From Escherichia coli (lineage in GTDB: Bacteria; Pseudomonadota; Gammaproteobacteria; Enterobacterales; Enterobacteriaceae), in the NCBI RefSeq assembly GCF_044324875.1, contig NZ_CP172185.1: DNA of 64,000 nucleotides; one strand, written 5' to 3'. Shown here piece by piece: positions 43,852 through 54,215 of the stretch (positions are counted from its first letter, which is position 1; each line of letters starts with the position of its first letter). A program made the position numbers and the translations under genes. Under the pieces are notes generated by a model. It was not told the origin of the DNA. It did no database searches and was given only the letters and a program-made list of their open reading frames with translations.

Positions 43852-45993
43852 TCAAAATTCCATTTTCACCGTGAATTGCACTTCACGCGGATCGCCAATC
43901 TGATTCCCCAGATTATTTGTGGCGATGGAAGAGGTGTAATACGTTTTATCAAACAGTTTTTTGACGTTTAATTGCAGTGTGACCGGATACTGCAATTTCA
44001 TTTTGTATGCGGCGAAGGCATCGGCAACGAAATAGCCTGGCAGATAATAGTCAGCCCCATTGGTTGCCGAACGACGGCTTACGCCATGTCCACCACCGCC
44101 AAACGTCAGTGTGTTATTGCCTGGCATGTTATGAATGTCATAGGTCAGGAATAGCGAACCGGTATGACGAGGAACATTCGGCAATGGTTTCCCTGCATAA
44201 TCAGGATCTTCCAGAACCTTAGCATCGGTATAGCCGTAGCTGGCAATGATATTAATGTTTTCAGTTAATGCTCCCGCAAGGTCGACTTCTACCCCTCTTG
44301 AACGAACGCGGCCTGCCGTTTTGGCGATGGTTTCATCACCAATACTTTCGGTATACAACACGTTACGTTTATGGATATCAAACAGCGCAATATCTGCGGT
44401 TATACCATCGAACAGCTCGAATTTTGCCCCGACTTCGTAAGCATTAGATGATTCCGGTGGAAGATCTCCGATGTAGCTGGCAATTGACGATTGCGGCATA
44501 AATGTTTGCGAATAATTAGCAAATAAGGATACCGATGGCGTCAGTTTGTAGACTAACCCCAGTTTGGGCGTCCATTGTTCATCGCGGCTGTCAGTATTGA
44601 CATTAAAAGGACGGCCTTTACCCGCATACTGCGTGTAATACTGATAGCGGATCCCGGCGACGGCAATCCAGTTATCGGTCAGATAGAGCGCGTCCTGTGC
44701 ATACGCTGAGTAGCTCTCCTGTTTGATCGTCTGATCGCTGTCCGACGCCGAGACAGTTGTGCATTTGCTGGTATTGCCGTAAACAGGGTTGTAGATATTG
44801 AAATCTTTAGCGTTTTTACAGCGAATCATATCTGTGCGCAGAAGATCATAATATTCATATGACACCCCACCCAGAATCTCATTATAGAACCCAGCAATAT
44901 CAACATTCCCTTGCAGATCCGCACGAGTAGCATGCATACGCTGGGTAGATCCCTGAGTTGCATCAACACGCCGTGTCAGCGTTCCTGTCGTTGCATCATA
45001 CGCGGTAACACGAGCCTGATTATCGCCGTATTTATCCTGGCTGTAGCTGTAATCAAAGCGCGCTGTCCACTGGCTATTGAGATGATATTCTGCGTTGAGT
45101 TGCGCCAGATCGGACTGACCATCTGTAATATTAAACGGTTCGTCAAAACGTATTTTTCGATCAACGTTTACGGGCTGTTTCGTCGTAAGGTCGAAAATCG
45201 TTCCACGATCGAACGGAGTTTTATAATCCCGATGGGAATAGAGCATGGTTACTGTTGCATTATCACCAAACCAGGTGAGTGATGGGGCAATAAATGTACT
45301 GCGCTCTTTACCAAAGTTTCGCCAGTAATCTTCATCCTGCACTTCCCCGGTAAGGCGATACGCCAGTTGAGTGCCTTCAATGGGGCCAGTGATATCAAGT
45401 TGCCCGGTGCCACCACCGAAACTGGAGGACGTGGCTGAGACAGAACCATGGAATGTTTTTTCCGGGCGTTTGGTCACGACGTTAATCAATCCACCAGGAT
45501 CGAGAATGCCATACAGCGTGGAGGCCGGGCCTTTTAGCACTTCCACACGTTCTGTGGCGGCGTTGAAACTGCGAGGAAGTACAGTTCGCAGGCCGTTGGT
45601 CATGATGGAGCCATCCCGGTTAGCACCAAACCCACGACGTACAAAGGCGTCCTGAGTTCCGCCTAATGTATTGGTCTGTACCACGTTACTGACGTTATAA
45701 AGCGCTTCATCCAGCGTCGTTGCATTCTGATTTTCCAGAACCTGATCGCTAACCGTATTGACCACCTGCGGGATATCCAGCATCGGCATATCGGTTAATG
45801 TCGCCGTGGAGGTGCTCAGAGGTTGATAACCATCGGTTGCTTCAGTTGCGGTATTTGCATCTGCTGTAACAGTGATTGTTTCGCCATCTTTGGTCGTTAC
45901 AGAGTCTGTTGCATGAATCATCGGTGCCGCAAAAAGCAGTGAAAAGAGCGCCCGACCTTTGAGTCCTGAGAATGAAGGTGTGAACATAGCCAT
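43852..45993 (-). CDS. TonB-dependent outer-membrane receptor (siderophore-type)
   Basis: 713-aa ORF with signal peptide, plug region and a beta-barrel ending in the aromatic C-terminal residue (...FTVKMEF). Confidence 0.85.
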   Translation of the reverse strand: MAMFTPSFSGLKGRALFSLLFAAPMIHATDSVTTKDGETITVTADANTATEATDGYQPLSTSTATLTDMPMLDIPQVVNTVSDQVLENQNATTLDEALYNVSNVVQTNTLGGTQDAFVRRGFGANRDGSIMTNGLRTVLPRSFNAATERVEVLKGPASTLYGILDPGGLINVVTKRPEKTFHGSVSATSSSFGGGTGQLDITGPIEGTQLAYRLTGEVQDEDYWRNFGKERSTFIAPSLTWFGDNATVTMLYSHRDYKTPFDRGTIFDLTTKQPVNVDRKIRFDEPFNITDGQSDLAQLNAEYHLNSQWTARFDYSYSQDKYGDNQARVTAYDATTGTLTRRVDATQGSTQRMHATRADLQGNVDIAGFYNEILGGVSYEYYDLLRTDMIRCKNAKDFNIYNPVYGNTSKCTTVSASDSDQTIKQESYSAYAQDALYLTDNWIAVAGIRYQYYTQYAGKGRPFNVNTDSRDEQWTPKLGLVYKLTPSVSLFANYSQTFMPQSSIASYIGDLPPESSNAYEVGAKFELFDGITADIALFDIHKRNVLYTESIGDETIAKTAGRVRSRGVEVDLAGALTENINIIASYGYTDAKVLEDPDYAGKPLPNVPRHTGSLFLTYDIHNMPGNNTLTFGGGGHGVSRRSATNGADYYLPGYFVADAFAAYKMKLQYPVTLQLNVKKLFDKTYYTSSIATNNLGNQIGDPREVQFTVKMEF

Positions 45994-46366
45994 TTAGTCT
46001 GTTATCCCAAAAACTCGCGGATTGTCGCGAGTGAAAATTGTTTCTTATTGCTCACTAAGCACTATCCGTTTGTTATTTCGCCATCGGATATGTAATTGAG
46101 AATCATTCAATCATGCGGTAATGTAGTAGTAAATGAGAAATAACAAAAAATTGCTACATGTGTTTTTATGAGAGGTTAATGCAATTCAATTGATGGTAAT
46201 TTATTAATATTTAATGATTTTATTTTTATCTTTAAAAAAATTTCACCTGTTATTTACCTTGTTTTTGTATGGCTTTTAACTTCTTGACTACTACATTTTG
46301 TGGCGTCAAACTCTCAAAGGAGAATGAGTTTTATTTTTGTTTGTCTTTGATTAAGTTGGCGTACAC

Positions 46367-47176
46367 GTGGCACATAACGCAAAAGGGCAGGGGCTGATCC
46401 TCGACAATGTTTCTGCCGGGTATCACAAGAAAATCATTGTTGATGGTGTTTCTTTCTCCGTTCCCACAGAAAAAATGACCGTTCTGGTTGGGGCAAACGG
46501 CTGTGGAAAGTCGACGTTGCTCAGCACCATTGCACGTATCTTGCAACCTATGGGCGGCTCGATATTGCTGGATGGTAAAGCGATTCACGAGCAACCAACG
46601 AAAGCGTTATCCCGTAGACTTGGGATCTTGCCGCAGTCGCCATTATTGCCGGAGGGCTTAACCGTTTATGAACTGGTGTCGCGTGGGCGTTTTCCCTGGC
46701 AGAATTTCATTCGTCAATGGAGCGACGCCGACGAGCAGGCGGTAGAAGAGGCCCTGAAATTAACCGGTACGCAGGAGTTTGCACATTTACCTGTTGAAAA
46801 ACTTTCTGGTGGGCAGCGCCAGCGTTGCTGGATTGCGATGGTGTTGGCGCAAAAGACGCCTTATATCCTACTGGATGAACCCACAACCTGGCTTGATTTA
46901 CGTTATCAGGTTGAAATTCTTGAGTTATTACATGATTTAACGCGTCATCACGGGCGTACAGTCGTCGTGGTGTTGCATGATCTGAATTTTGCCGTCAATT
47001 ATGGTGATACGTTGATATTTTTACGCCAGGGGAAAGTGGTGCGTGTGTTGAATGAGGGGGAGCATTGCACGCCTGAGCTGGTAAAAGCTGTCTTTGACGT
47101 TGATGTTCACGCATCAATAAATCCTCTGACGGGAAAGCCGTTCTTCATGCCGTTTCGTGGTGTAGAAAAAGTATGA
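46367..47176 (+). CDS. ABC transporter ATP-binding protein (iron-siderophore / FepC-FecE type)
   Basis: 269-aa ORF with Walker A GANGCGKST, signature LSGGQRQR and Walker B ILLDEPT; the start codon is GTG in the track and is uncertain. Confidence 0.85.
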   Translation: MAHNAKGQGLILDNVSAGYHKKIIVDGVSFSVPTEKMTVLVGANGCGKSTLLSTIARILQPMGGSILLDGKAIHEQPTKALSRRLGILPQSPLLPEGLTVYELVSRGRFPWQNFIRQWSDADEQAVEEALKLTGTQEFAHLPVEKLSGGQRQRCWIAMVLAQKTPYILLDEPTTWLDLRYQVEILELLHDLTRHHGRTVVVVLHDLNFAVNYGDTLIFLRQGKVVRVLNEGEHCTPELVKAVFDVDVHASINPLTGKPFFMPFRGVEKV

Positions 47177-48156
47177 TGCGCACAGGGCTGGTTACTGTAA
47201 TTTTCCTCGCCTTACTGCTGGTGGGATGCGTGGTATATCCAGGGATTGGTGCCCGATTTATTGCACCACAAACGGTGTTGCAGGCATTTCTTCATTTTGA
47301 TCCGCAAAACTTCGATCACAACGTAATTGTAAGACTCCGTTTGCCGCGTTTAGCGGCAGCATTGCTTACCGGTGCTTCTCTTGGAGTTGCTGGTGCTTTG
47401 TTGCAGGCTGTCATTCGTAACCCATTGGGGGAGCCACATATTTTAGGCTTAAATGCCGGAGCCGCTCTTGCTGTCGTTGCTGCCAGTGCGCTTGGGCTGG
47501 CCTTTCCGGTTGGACGCCCACTGCTGGCATCTACGGGCGGCGCGTTATTGTTCCTGTTGATATTGCTGCTTTCCTCCGCAGGGCGTTCAGGGTTAACGCC
47601 AATGAAAGTTACTTTATGCGGCGTGGCGCTATCGGCGTTCGTGTCCTCAATAACGGCTGCAATCCTGATTCTTGACGAACAAACACTGCTGGCGATGCGG
47701 ACATGGCTAGCAGGTGATTTAGCGGGGCAGGATTGGGCGACGCTGGGTACGTCCGCCTGGTTTTCTCTGGGGGGATTTGTGTTAGCCCTTTACCTTGCAC
47801 CCTCCCTTAACATGTTGGCACTGGGCGATCGCATGGCGCAGGGGCTGGGCGTCTCTGTACTCCGCACGCGAACATTCACCCTGCTTGCGATCGCGTTGCT
47901 CTGTGGCGCAGCCGTATCGATTGCTGGCCCCATTGGTTTTGTCGGCCTGCTAGTACCGCAGATTGTCCGGCGTCTGGTATCAGCGGATCTGCGCGTTCTG
48001 CTCCCTCTTTCAGCTTGTGTCGGCGCGCTTTTGTTATTACTGGCAGATATTATTGCCCGGACGCTTTTCACGCCCCATGAGTTAGCGACCGGTGTCATGA
48101 CGGCGTTAGTTGGTGCGCCTGTTTTTGTCATTATGGCGACGAGGATGTTCAAATGA
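47173..48156 (+). CDS. ABC transporter permease, FecCD family
   Basis: 327-aa polytopic membrane ORF with the FecCD-family signature; ATGA overlap with the upstream ATPase stop. Confidence 0.85.
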   Translation: MMRTGLVTVIFLALLLVGCVVYPGIGARFIAPQTVLQAFLHFDPQNFDHNVIVRLRLPRLAAALLTGASLGVAGALLQAVIRNPLGEPHILGLNAGAALAVVAASALGLAFPVGRPLLASTGGALLFLLILLLSSAGRSGLTPMKVTLCGVALSAFVSSITAAILILDEQTLLAMRTWLAGDLAGQDWATLGTSAWFSLGGFVLALYLAPSLNMLALGDRMAQGLGVSVLRTRTFTLLAIALLCGAAVSIAGPIGFVGLLVPQIVRRLVSADLRVLLPLSACVGALLLLLADIIARTLFTPHELATGVMTALVGAPVFVIMATRMFK

Positions 48157-49202
48157 GTCGGATAATGAACGTCGGGCTACGCCCACTACGTGTTGGTAAG
48201 TTTTCGACACTGGTACGCCCTAAAAATCTGGTGTTGCTTGGTGGGTTGTTTCTGTTTGCGGTTGGAATACTGATATTCGGTCTGATGCAGGGTTCTTTCT
48301 CCGTCCCGGCATCGGAAGTAGGACGAGCATTGTTCTCTCCAGAAAACGTAAGCACAGACGCACGTTATATTGTGCAGGATATTCGCTTGCCGAGAGTCAT
48401 CATGGCATTGCTATGCGGGGCCATGTTAGGTATGGCGGGGGCCGCGATGCAATCCATTGCGCGTAACGGCCTTGCCGATCCTGGTTTAATCGGCGTCAAA
48501 GAAGGATGTAGCGTGGCGGTGCTGTGGCTGATTTTCCAGTTTCCAATGCTGGGAATGTTCTGGCGTCCAGTGGCTGGTCTTGCTGGTGGCTTGTTGGTGG
48601 CTTTAATCGTGATTTTTTGTGCGCGCGATATTTCCCGCCCGCGATTTGTTCTGATTGGTATTGGTGTTTCCTGGTTTTTCGCCGCCGGTATCGGTGTATT
48701 TATGACCACTGCAGATGTTCGAGATGTACAAACTGCATTGATGTGGTTATCGGGAAGCCTGCATGCAGCTAACTGGATGTTAGTCGGTATTTCAGCCTGT
48801 TGGATGTTGCCAGCCGCTCTTTTATTGCTGTTCACCGCCAGGGCGGCGGATATCGCTCTGCTTGGTCATCAGGTTGCAACCGGGTTAGGGGTGAATAGTT
48901 CTCGTCTGGCGTTGTTACGTGTCGCCGCACCCATAATCCTGACAGCCGTCTGCGTTTCGTGTGTTGGTAACATCGGTTTTGTCGGATTGATAGCACCCCA
49001 TATATCACGTTTTATTCTACGTGGCGGGCAGACGACATTACTGCTGGGGAGCGCCGTATCGGGGGCGTTGTTAGTCATCCTGGCGGATAGCATTGGTCGT
49101 TTGGCTTTTTTGCCTTTGCAACTGCCTGCCGGAATCATTATTTCATTGATTGGTGGACCATTCTTTTTGCTACTGCTCTGGCAGCGCAGGAACAGTTTTT
49201 AA
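48153..49202 (+). CDS. ABC transporter permease, FecCD family (second copy)
   Basis: 349-aa polytopic membrane ORF; ATGA overlap with the first permease. Confidence 0.85.
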   Translation: MSRIMNVGLRPLRVGKFSTLVRPKNLVLLGGLFLFAVGILIFGLMQGSFSVPASEVGRALFSPENVSTDARYIVQDIRLPRVIMALLCGAMLGMAGAAMQSIARNGLADPGLIGVKEGCSVAVLWLIFQFPMLGMFWRPVAGLAGGLLVALIVIFCARDISRPRFVLIGIGVSWFFAAGIGVFMTTADVRDVQTALMWLSGSLHAANWMLVGISACWMLPAALLLLFTARAADIALLGHQVATGLGVNSSRLALLRVAAPIILTAVCVSCVGNIGFVGLIAPHISRFILRGGQTTLLLGSAVSGALLVILADSIGRLAFLPLQLPAGIIISLIGGPFFLLLLWQRRNSF

Positions 49203-49212
49203 TGGGAGTTAT

Positions 49213-50160
49213 ATGCGTTTATTTTTTTCTCTGCTGATACTGTTGTCATTCTTTGCCCGCGCGACAGAACCTGTTCAGGTCTTTACTGATGATTTAGGGC
49301 GCAAAGTCACTGTTCCTGCTCATCCAAAGAGAATTGTCTCTTTACACGATCTTGATATCACTATTCCTCTGATTGAGCTCGGTGTACCTCCTGTCGCCAG
49401 CCACGGGCGAACCCGGCCTGACGGTAGCCATTTCATTCGATCAGGCGCGTTATTGACAGGTGTCGACTTTGATAATTCATCGATCGCTTTTATTGGCACC
49501 GCTGATATTGATATTGAAGCGATTGTGGCGGCAAAACCTGACCTGATCATCACAGAACCGACCCGTAATACGCCCATTGAACAACTGGAAAAAATTGCGC
49601 CCACGGTGAGCATTGATCATCTCAAAGGAGGCGCGCCAGAAATCTACCGCAAGCTGGCAGAACTTACAGGAACGCAGTCGCAGCTGGCGATACTTGAACG
49701 CCGCTATCAGGCACAAATCAATGCGCTGAAGGCGACGCTGGACAGCCAAAAAATAACGGTATCGGTGATTCAGGCAAATCAGGGAAAAATTAATGTGATG
49801 CATAGCTATCATTCGCTGGGGCGGGTATTACGCGATGCTGGTTTTCGCTTTCCGCCGCTGATTGAGAGCATTCCTGAAGGTGGGCGAATGGATGTGAGCG
49901 CAGAGCGTTTACCTGAACTGGATGCCGATTTTGTTTTTGCAACCTGGCGCGGTGACACCGGTGGTAAACCTCAGGATGAGCTGGCAGCAATGGAAAAAGT
50001 CATGCCGGGATGGTGTCAGTTTCTGACGGCCTGTCGTTCCGGGCGCTATGTGCTGATTTCTCGTGAAGAGGCGATTTCTAACTCCTTTGCATCTCTGGGG
50101 CTGATGGCTGCGCAGATACAATCACAAATTGCGGGACGACCTCTACCGGAGGCTAAATGA
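49213..50160 (+). CDS. Periplasmic substrate-binding protein (FhuD/FecB-like)
   Basis: 315-aa protein from the ATG at 49213 with SD GGGAG and signal peptide MRLFFSLLILLSFFARA; the track ORF start at 49150 overlaps the permease. Confidence 0.8.
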   Translation: MRLFFSLLILLSFFARATEPVQVFTDDLGRKVTVPAHPKRIVSLHDLDITIPLIELGVPPVASHGRTRPDGSHFIRSGALLTGVDFDNSSIAFIGTADIDIEAIVAAKPDLIITEPTRNTPIEQLEKIAPTVSIDHLKGGAPEIYRKLAELTGTQSQLAILERRYQAQINALKATLDSQKITVSVIQANQGKINVMHSYHSLGRVLRDAGFRFPPLIESIPEGGRMDVSAERLPELDADFVFATWRGDTGGKPQDELAAMEKVMPGWCQFLTACRSGRYVLISREEAISNSFASLGLMAAQIQSQIAGRPLPEAK

Positions 50161-51044
50161 TCCAGAAAGACAAAACGCGGGTTGATATTTATGGTGAGCG
50201 TTTTCGCACTCGCGCGAGTCAGTTAACGCCTGGGTTAAGAACTGTCGCAAGCTACATTAATGAGCATCGTGAAGTGGTACTCGAGCAAACGGCGATGGAA
50301 ATTGCGGCCACGTTGAACACTTCCGATGCCACAGTTATCAGGGCTATACAGGCTCTGGGGTTTGCCGGGCTGCGTGATCTGAAACGCACTCTGGAACAGT
50401 GGCTTGGTCCAGCCCTTAGTTCCAGCGAAAAGATGTCTACGACGGTGAGTAACTTGACGAGCGATGTTAACACCGCAATCGACTTTGTTCTTGAAGGGCA
50501 TTTGTATACTTGTAATGTCCTGTCAGAGCCTGAAAACCGCCACGCGCTTGCGCAAGCTGTAGCGTTGTTGGTGCAGGCACGGCAAGTCGCTATTTTTGGC
50601 ATTGGCGCTTCGGGTATCCTGGCGGACTATACCGCACGACTATTCAACCGCATAGGTTTGCCTGCCACGGCACTAAACCGTACGGGTATTGGCCTTGCCG
50701 AGCAACTGATCGCGCTTCAACGTGGCGATGTTCTGATCATGATGGCGCAAAAATCTGCGCACCGGGAAGGGCTGACAACGCTTCGTGAGGCGAGGCGGCT
50801 GGGGATCCCTGTTATTTTGCTGACAAACGCGCTGGATTCACGTTTTAGCAAAGACGCCAGTATCGTGATTCATGTTCCGCGCGGGGATGAAAAGGGGAAA
50901 ACGCCACTACATGGTACGGTATTGTTGTGCCTGGAAATGATTGTTTGGTCGGTGGCTTCCGCGATGCCGCAGCGTGCGGTTAAAACCATTAAGCGAATTA
51001 ACGATTTCCATCGGGGTTTGAAAACGGGAAGAAAGAATGGCTAA
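50157..51044 (+). CDS. RpiR/MurR-family transcriptional regulator (HTH_6 plus SIS domain)
   Basis: 295-aa ORF with N-terminal RpiR-type HTH and a SIS sugar-phosphate-binding fold; ATGA overlap with the binding-protein stop. Confidence 0.8.
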   Translation: MIQKDKTRVDIYGERFRTRASQLTPGLRTVASYINEHREVVLEQTAMEIAATLNTSDATVIRAIQALGFAGLRDLKRTLEQWLGPALSSSEKMSTTVSNLTSDVNTAIDFVLEGHLYTCNVLSEPENRHALAQAVALLVQARQVAIFGIGASGILADYTARLFNRIGLPATALNRTGIGLAEQLIALQRGDVLIMMAQKSAHREGLTTLREARRLGIPVILLTNALDSRFSKDASIVIHVPRGDEKGKTPLHGTVLLCLEMIVWSVASAMPQRAVKTIKRINDFHRGLKTGRKNG

Positions 51045-51052
51045 TCTGACCT

Positions 51053-51080
51053 GAGGCCGGTAGCAACACCGGCCTCTTTT
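51053..51080. terminator. Bidirectional terminator between the RpiR-family gene and ygiN
   Basis: 9-bp stem GAGGCCGGT / ACCGGCCTC then TTTT. Confidence 0.7.
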
Positions 51081-51088
51081 CAGGAATG

Positions 51089-51403
51089 TTAAATCCCCGG
51101 TTGCAGAATACGGATATTCATCTCCAGCACGTCGCCTTTTACGGCTTCGCTGTACGCCTTCATGTGCGGGGTTTGCAGATGCGCTTCAAGATGCGCGATG
51201 CTTTCCCACTGCTCAATCATCACGATAGAATCCGGTGCCATAGACTGGAAACTCACGCCAGCAGCGCAATCCACCATTGGCGCATAGCCGTGGCAACCTT
51301 CTTCTTTCAGTACGGTTGGAACGATTTTAGCAAACTGATCCAATACCGCCTGACGGTGATGTTGACCAGGACGAGTACGGATTTCTGCGATTACGGTAAG
51401 CAT
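51089..51403 (-). CDS. ygiN: Quinol monooxygenase (ABM domain)
   Basis: 104-aa ORF 30 bp downstream of mdaB on the same strand. Confidence 0.9.
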   Translation of the reverse strand: MLTVIAEIRTRPGQHHRQAVLDQFAKIVPTVLKEEGCHGYAPMVDCAAGVSFQSMAPDSIVMIEQWESIAHLEAHLQTPHMKAYSEAVKGDVLEMNIRILQPGI

Positions 51404-51433
51404 GGTTAACTCCTTCTAAAGCCTAAGCTCTAG

Positions 51434-52015
51434 TTAACCAAAAATTTCCACAAGATGCTTGCGATATTCTTCAGTATAGCGGGGAACATCAGGCATTTTT
51501 ATCACGTCATTAGCGATAAATGTCGGCAGCGGTTCCATGCCAAGGAATTGGTTTGCTTTATGGAACGGCAGATACACACCGTCAACGCCAACGCCGTGGA
51601 AGAACTGATCTTTTTCGGTGAAGGCTTCCATTGGTGCGTTCCAGGTCAGAGAAAGCATATATTTTTTGCCCTGTACCAGGCCGCCGGAACCGTATTTTTT
51701 CGACGGATCTTTGCGGGTACGACCATCGCTGGCATACAGCGTCCCGTGACCTTCGGTGAATACATCATCAATGTATTTTTTCACTGTCCACGGCGCGCCC
51801 ATCCACCAGCCTGGCATCTGCCAAATCACCACATCAGCCCAGAGAAAGTTTTGTACTTCCGCTTTGACATCGTAGTCGCTGTCGGCGCGAACGATGCGGA
51901 CATCATGCCCGAGGTCGCGCAGTGTGCCATCCGCGACTTCGGTCAGGGTGTCGTTCAGTTGACCATTGGAGTGGGCGAATTTTTTCGCGCCGTTGATAAT
52001 TAGGATGTTGCTCAT
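51434..52015 (-). CDS. mdaB: NADPH:quinone oxidoreductase MdaB
   Basis: 193-aa flavodoxin-like ORF MSNILIINGAKKFAHSNGQLN... Confidence 0.93.
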   Translation of the reverse strand: MSNILIINGAKKFAHSNGQLNDTLTEVADGTLRDLGHDVRIVRADSDYDVKAEVQNFLWADVVIWQMPGWWMGAPWTVKKYIDDVFTEGHGTLYASDGRTRKDPSKKYGSGGLVQGKKYMLSLTWNAPMEAFTEKDQFFHGVGVDGVYLPFHKANQFLGMEPLPTFIANDVIKMPDVPRYTEEYRKHLVEIFG

Positions 52016-52074
52016 TTTTTAACCTCAAGGTGAGACGTTTGTCGACTATAGTACGTCACAGAGCGGTACGGTGA

Positions 52075-52118
52075 AATTAGCAAAATGTGCAAAGTCTTTT
52101 GCTAATTTAGCAAAAGTC
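52075..52118. repeat. Palindrome array built from the 9-mer TTAGCAAAA in the qseC-mdaB spacer
   Basis: AATTAGCAAAA (52075-52085), its exact complement TTTTGCTAATT (52097-52107), and a 19-bp perfect palindrome TTTTGCTAATTTAGCAAAA (52097-52115). Confidence 0.6.
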
Positions 52119-52124
52119 TTACCC

Positions 52125-53474
52125 TTACCAGCTCACCTTCGCCTCAAATCCACGTTGTTCCGCATTCCCAAACTCAACATTCATGCCATGCAATTTGGCG
52201 ATTCGCTGGACAATCGATAGCCCAAGTCCACTGCCGGTAGCGGTTTGTCCGGGTGGGCGATAGAAGCGTTCGCCAATTCTCGCCAGTGCCTCTGGCGTCA
52301 CACCGGGGCCGTTATCCCTCACGATGAAACTATCGGCATTCAGCGTGACGTCCACCACGCTGCCCTGTGGACTGTAGCGCACGGCGTTATCCAGAAGGTT
52401 TCGTACCAACAAACTTAGCAACAGCGGTTGTCCGGTGCGTTTGATGCCGTGGGCATTGAGTGTCAGTCGCACGTCAATTTTCGCCTGCTGCGCCGTGTGG
52501 TAAATATCCATCACCGATGATTGCAGGAGATCTTCAAGCGGGATCTCCGCGACGTCCTGAAGGTTATCCAGTGAGTCCAGCCGCGATAGCGTGAGCAGTT
52601 GATCAACCAGACGAGTAGCACGATCGATTCCGGAATGTAATTGAAGCAGCGCTTTTTTCCGCGCCTGCGGATCATCGTCAGAGAGCTGCGCAACTTCGGT
52701 TTGCACTTTCAGCGCCGTTAACGGGCTACGAAGTTCGTGAGCTGCGTCGGAGGTAAAGCGTCGTTCTCGAACCATCATCGCATGTGTGCGGGCGAACAGT
52801 TGATTCAACGACTCAACCAGTGGACGCACTTCGCTGGGTACGCCCGTCGCGTTTAGTGGTTTTTCCGAGTCAGGGTCACGCATACGTAGTGCCAGCGCCA
52901 GTTTGTTCAGCGGCGCGAGTTCACGACCCAGTAGTACCATCATGATGATTAACATAATCGGCAGTGCGACAAGCCACGGGATCAATTGCCCTGCAACAAT
53001 CGCCAGCGCCATGTCTTCGCGGTATTCCCATTCCTGACCAACAACGATGCGATATTTGCCATCAGGTGAGGTCATCCAGACAAAACGCCAGGGATCGTCT
53101 TCACCGACCAGTTGCCCGTCAGCAAAACCTTCCCGTTGATAGCTATAGGGAATATCTTCTCCGTTATCGCCATCGTTAAGGACCATTCTGCCGTCGTGGG
53201 TAAAGATGGCAAAGGTTAGCGCATCGTCATCAACATGACCGTGTTTTAATTTATTTGGCGTCTGTGCCATGCGATCTGCCGCGTTGATTTCGTTGAGATC
53301 GAGCGTACTTAACCGCTTGGCAAACAGCATCAGTTGGGTGTCGAACAACTCATCGACGTTATCCGTTGTTTGTTTCCAGGCGACAAAGCTGGAAAGCAGC
53401 CAGGTCACTGAGGCCAGAATTAAAAAGATTAGCGTCAGCCTGACTCGCAGACTAAGACGTTGGGTAAATTTCAT
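52125..53474 (-). CDS. qseC: Two-component sensor histidine kinase QseC
   Basis: 449-aa ORF with two TM helices, HAMP, HisKA (HELRSPL) and HATPase_c domains; start overlaps the qseB stop. Confidence 0.93.
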   Translation of the reverse strand: MKFTQRLSLRVRLTLIFLILASVTWLLSSFVAWKQTTDNVDELFDTQLMLFAKRLSTLDLNEINAADRMAQTPNKLKHGHVDDDALTFAIFTHDGRMVLNDGDNGEDIPYSYQREGFADGQLVGEDDPWRFVWMTSPDGKYRIVVGQEWEYREDMALAIVAGQLIPWLVALPIMLIIMMVLLGRELAPLNKLALALRMRDPDSEKPLNATGVPSEVRPLVESLNQLFARTHAMMVRERRFTSDAAHELRSPLTALKVQTEVAQLSDDDPQARKKALLQLHSGIDRATRLVDQLLTLSRLDSLDNLQDVAEIPLEDLLQSSVMDIYHTAQQAKIDVRLTLNAHGIKRTGQPLLLSLLVRNLLDNAVRYSPQGSVVDVTLNADSFIVRDNGPGVTPEALARIGERFYRPPGQTATGSGLGLSIVQRIAKLHGMNVEFGNAEQRGFEAKVSW

Positions 53475-54130
53475 TTCTCACCTAATGTGTAGCCAATACC
53501 ATGAACGGTACGAATAAAATCACTGCCGAGTTTGCGTCGCAGATGATGCACATGCACTTCAACGGCATTACTGGTGACCTCTTCGTCCCAGGTATACAGT
53601 TTCTCTTCAATCAGTTTGCGCGGCAGTACCCGACCAGCGTTACGCATCAGTAATTCCAGCAGGGCAAATTCTTTTGGTTTCAGAGTTAAGGGTTCGCCAG
53701 CCAGCGTGGCGATACGTTTGCCGGGGTCGAGCATGACGTTACCGTGGCGCAGTTCGTTGCTGGCCTGGCCGTTGGTTCGGCGCATCAGAGCTTCCAGCCT
53801 GGCGGCGACTTCTATCAACGCAAAAGGTTTACACAGATAATCGTCAGCTCCCAGACGCAGCCCCTCTACACGTTCCGCTAACGCATCGCGCGCGGTCAGG
53901 ATCAGTACCGGCTCACGCTGACCTTTTTCTCGCCATTCGCGCAAAATATCGCGACCATCCATGCCTGGTAAGGTTAAATCCAGGATCACCGCATCATAAG
54001 GCGCACTATATAGCGCCTCTTTTCCCTGACGACCTTGTGTAAACCAGTCGACGCTAAAACCCATTTTACTAAGGCCCGTTTTGATGCCGTCGCCAATCAG
54101 CATGTCATCTTCTATCAGTAAAATTCGCAT
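53471..54130 (-). CDS. qseB: Two-component response regulator QseB (OmpR/PmrA family)
   Basis: 219-aa ORF with a receiver domain and winged-helix DNA-binding domain. Confidence 0.93.
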   Translation of the reverse strand: MRILLIEDDMLIGDGIKTGLSKMGFSVDWFTQGRQGKEALYSAPYDAVILDLTLPGMDGRDILREWREKGQREPVLILTARDALAERVEGLRLGADDYLCKPFALIEVAARLEALMRRTNGQASNELRHGNVMLDPGKRIATLAGEPLTLKPKEFALLELLMRNAGRVLPRKLIEEKLYTWDEEVTSNAVEVHVHHLRRKLGSDFIRTVHGIGYTLGEK

Positions 54131-54215
54131 TTTTTCATCCCTGCGATAACCGTATTTGCTGCCAGTAAACCGTGTTGTAACGAGCTCTGTACAGCATTAA
54201 ATTTTATTTTTTTCC

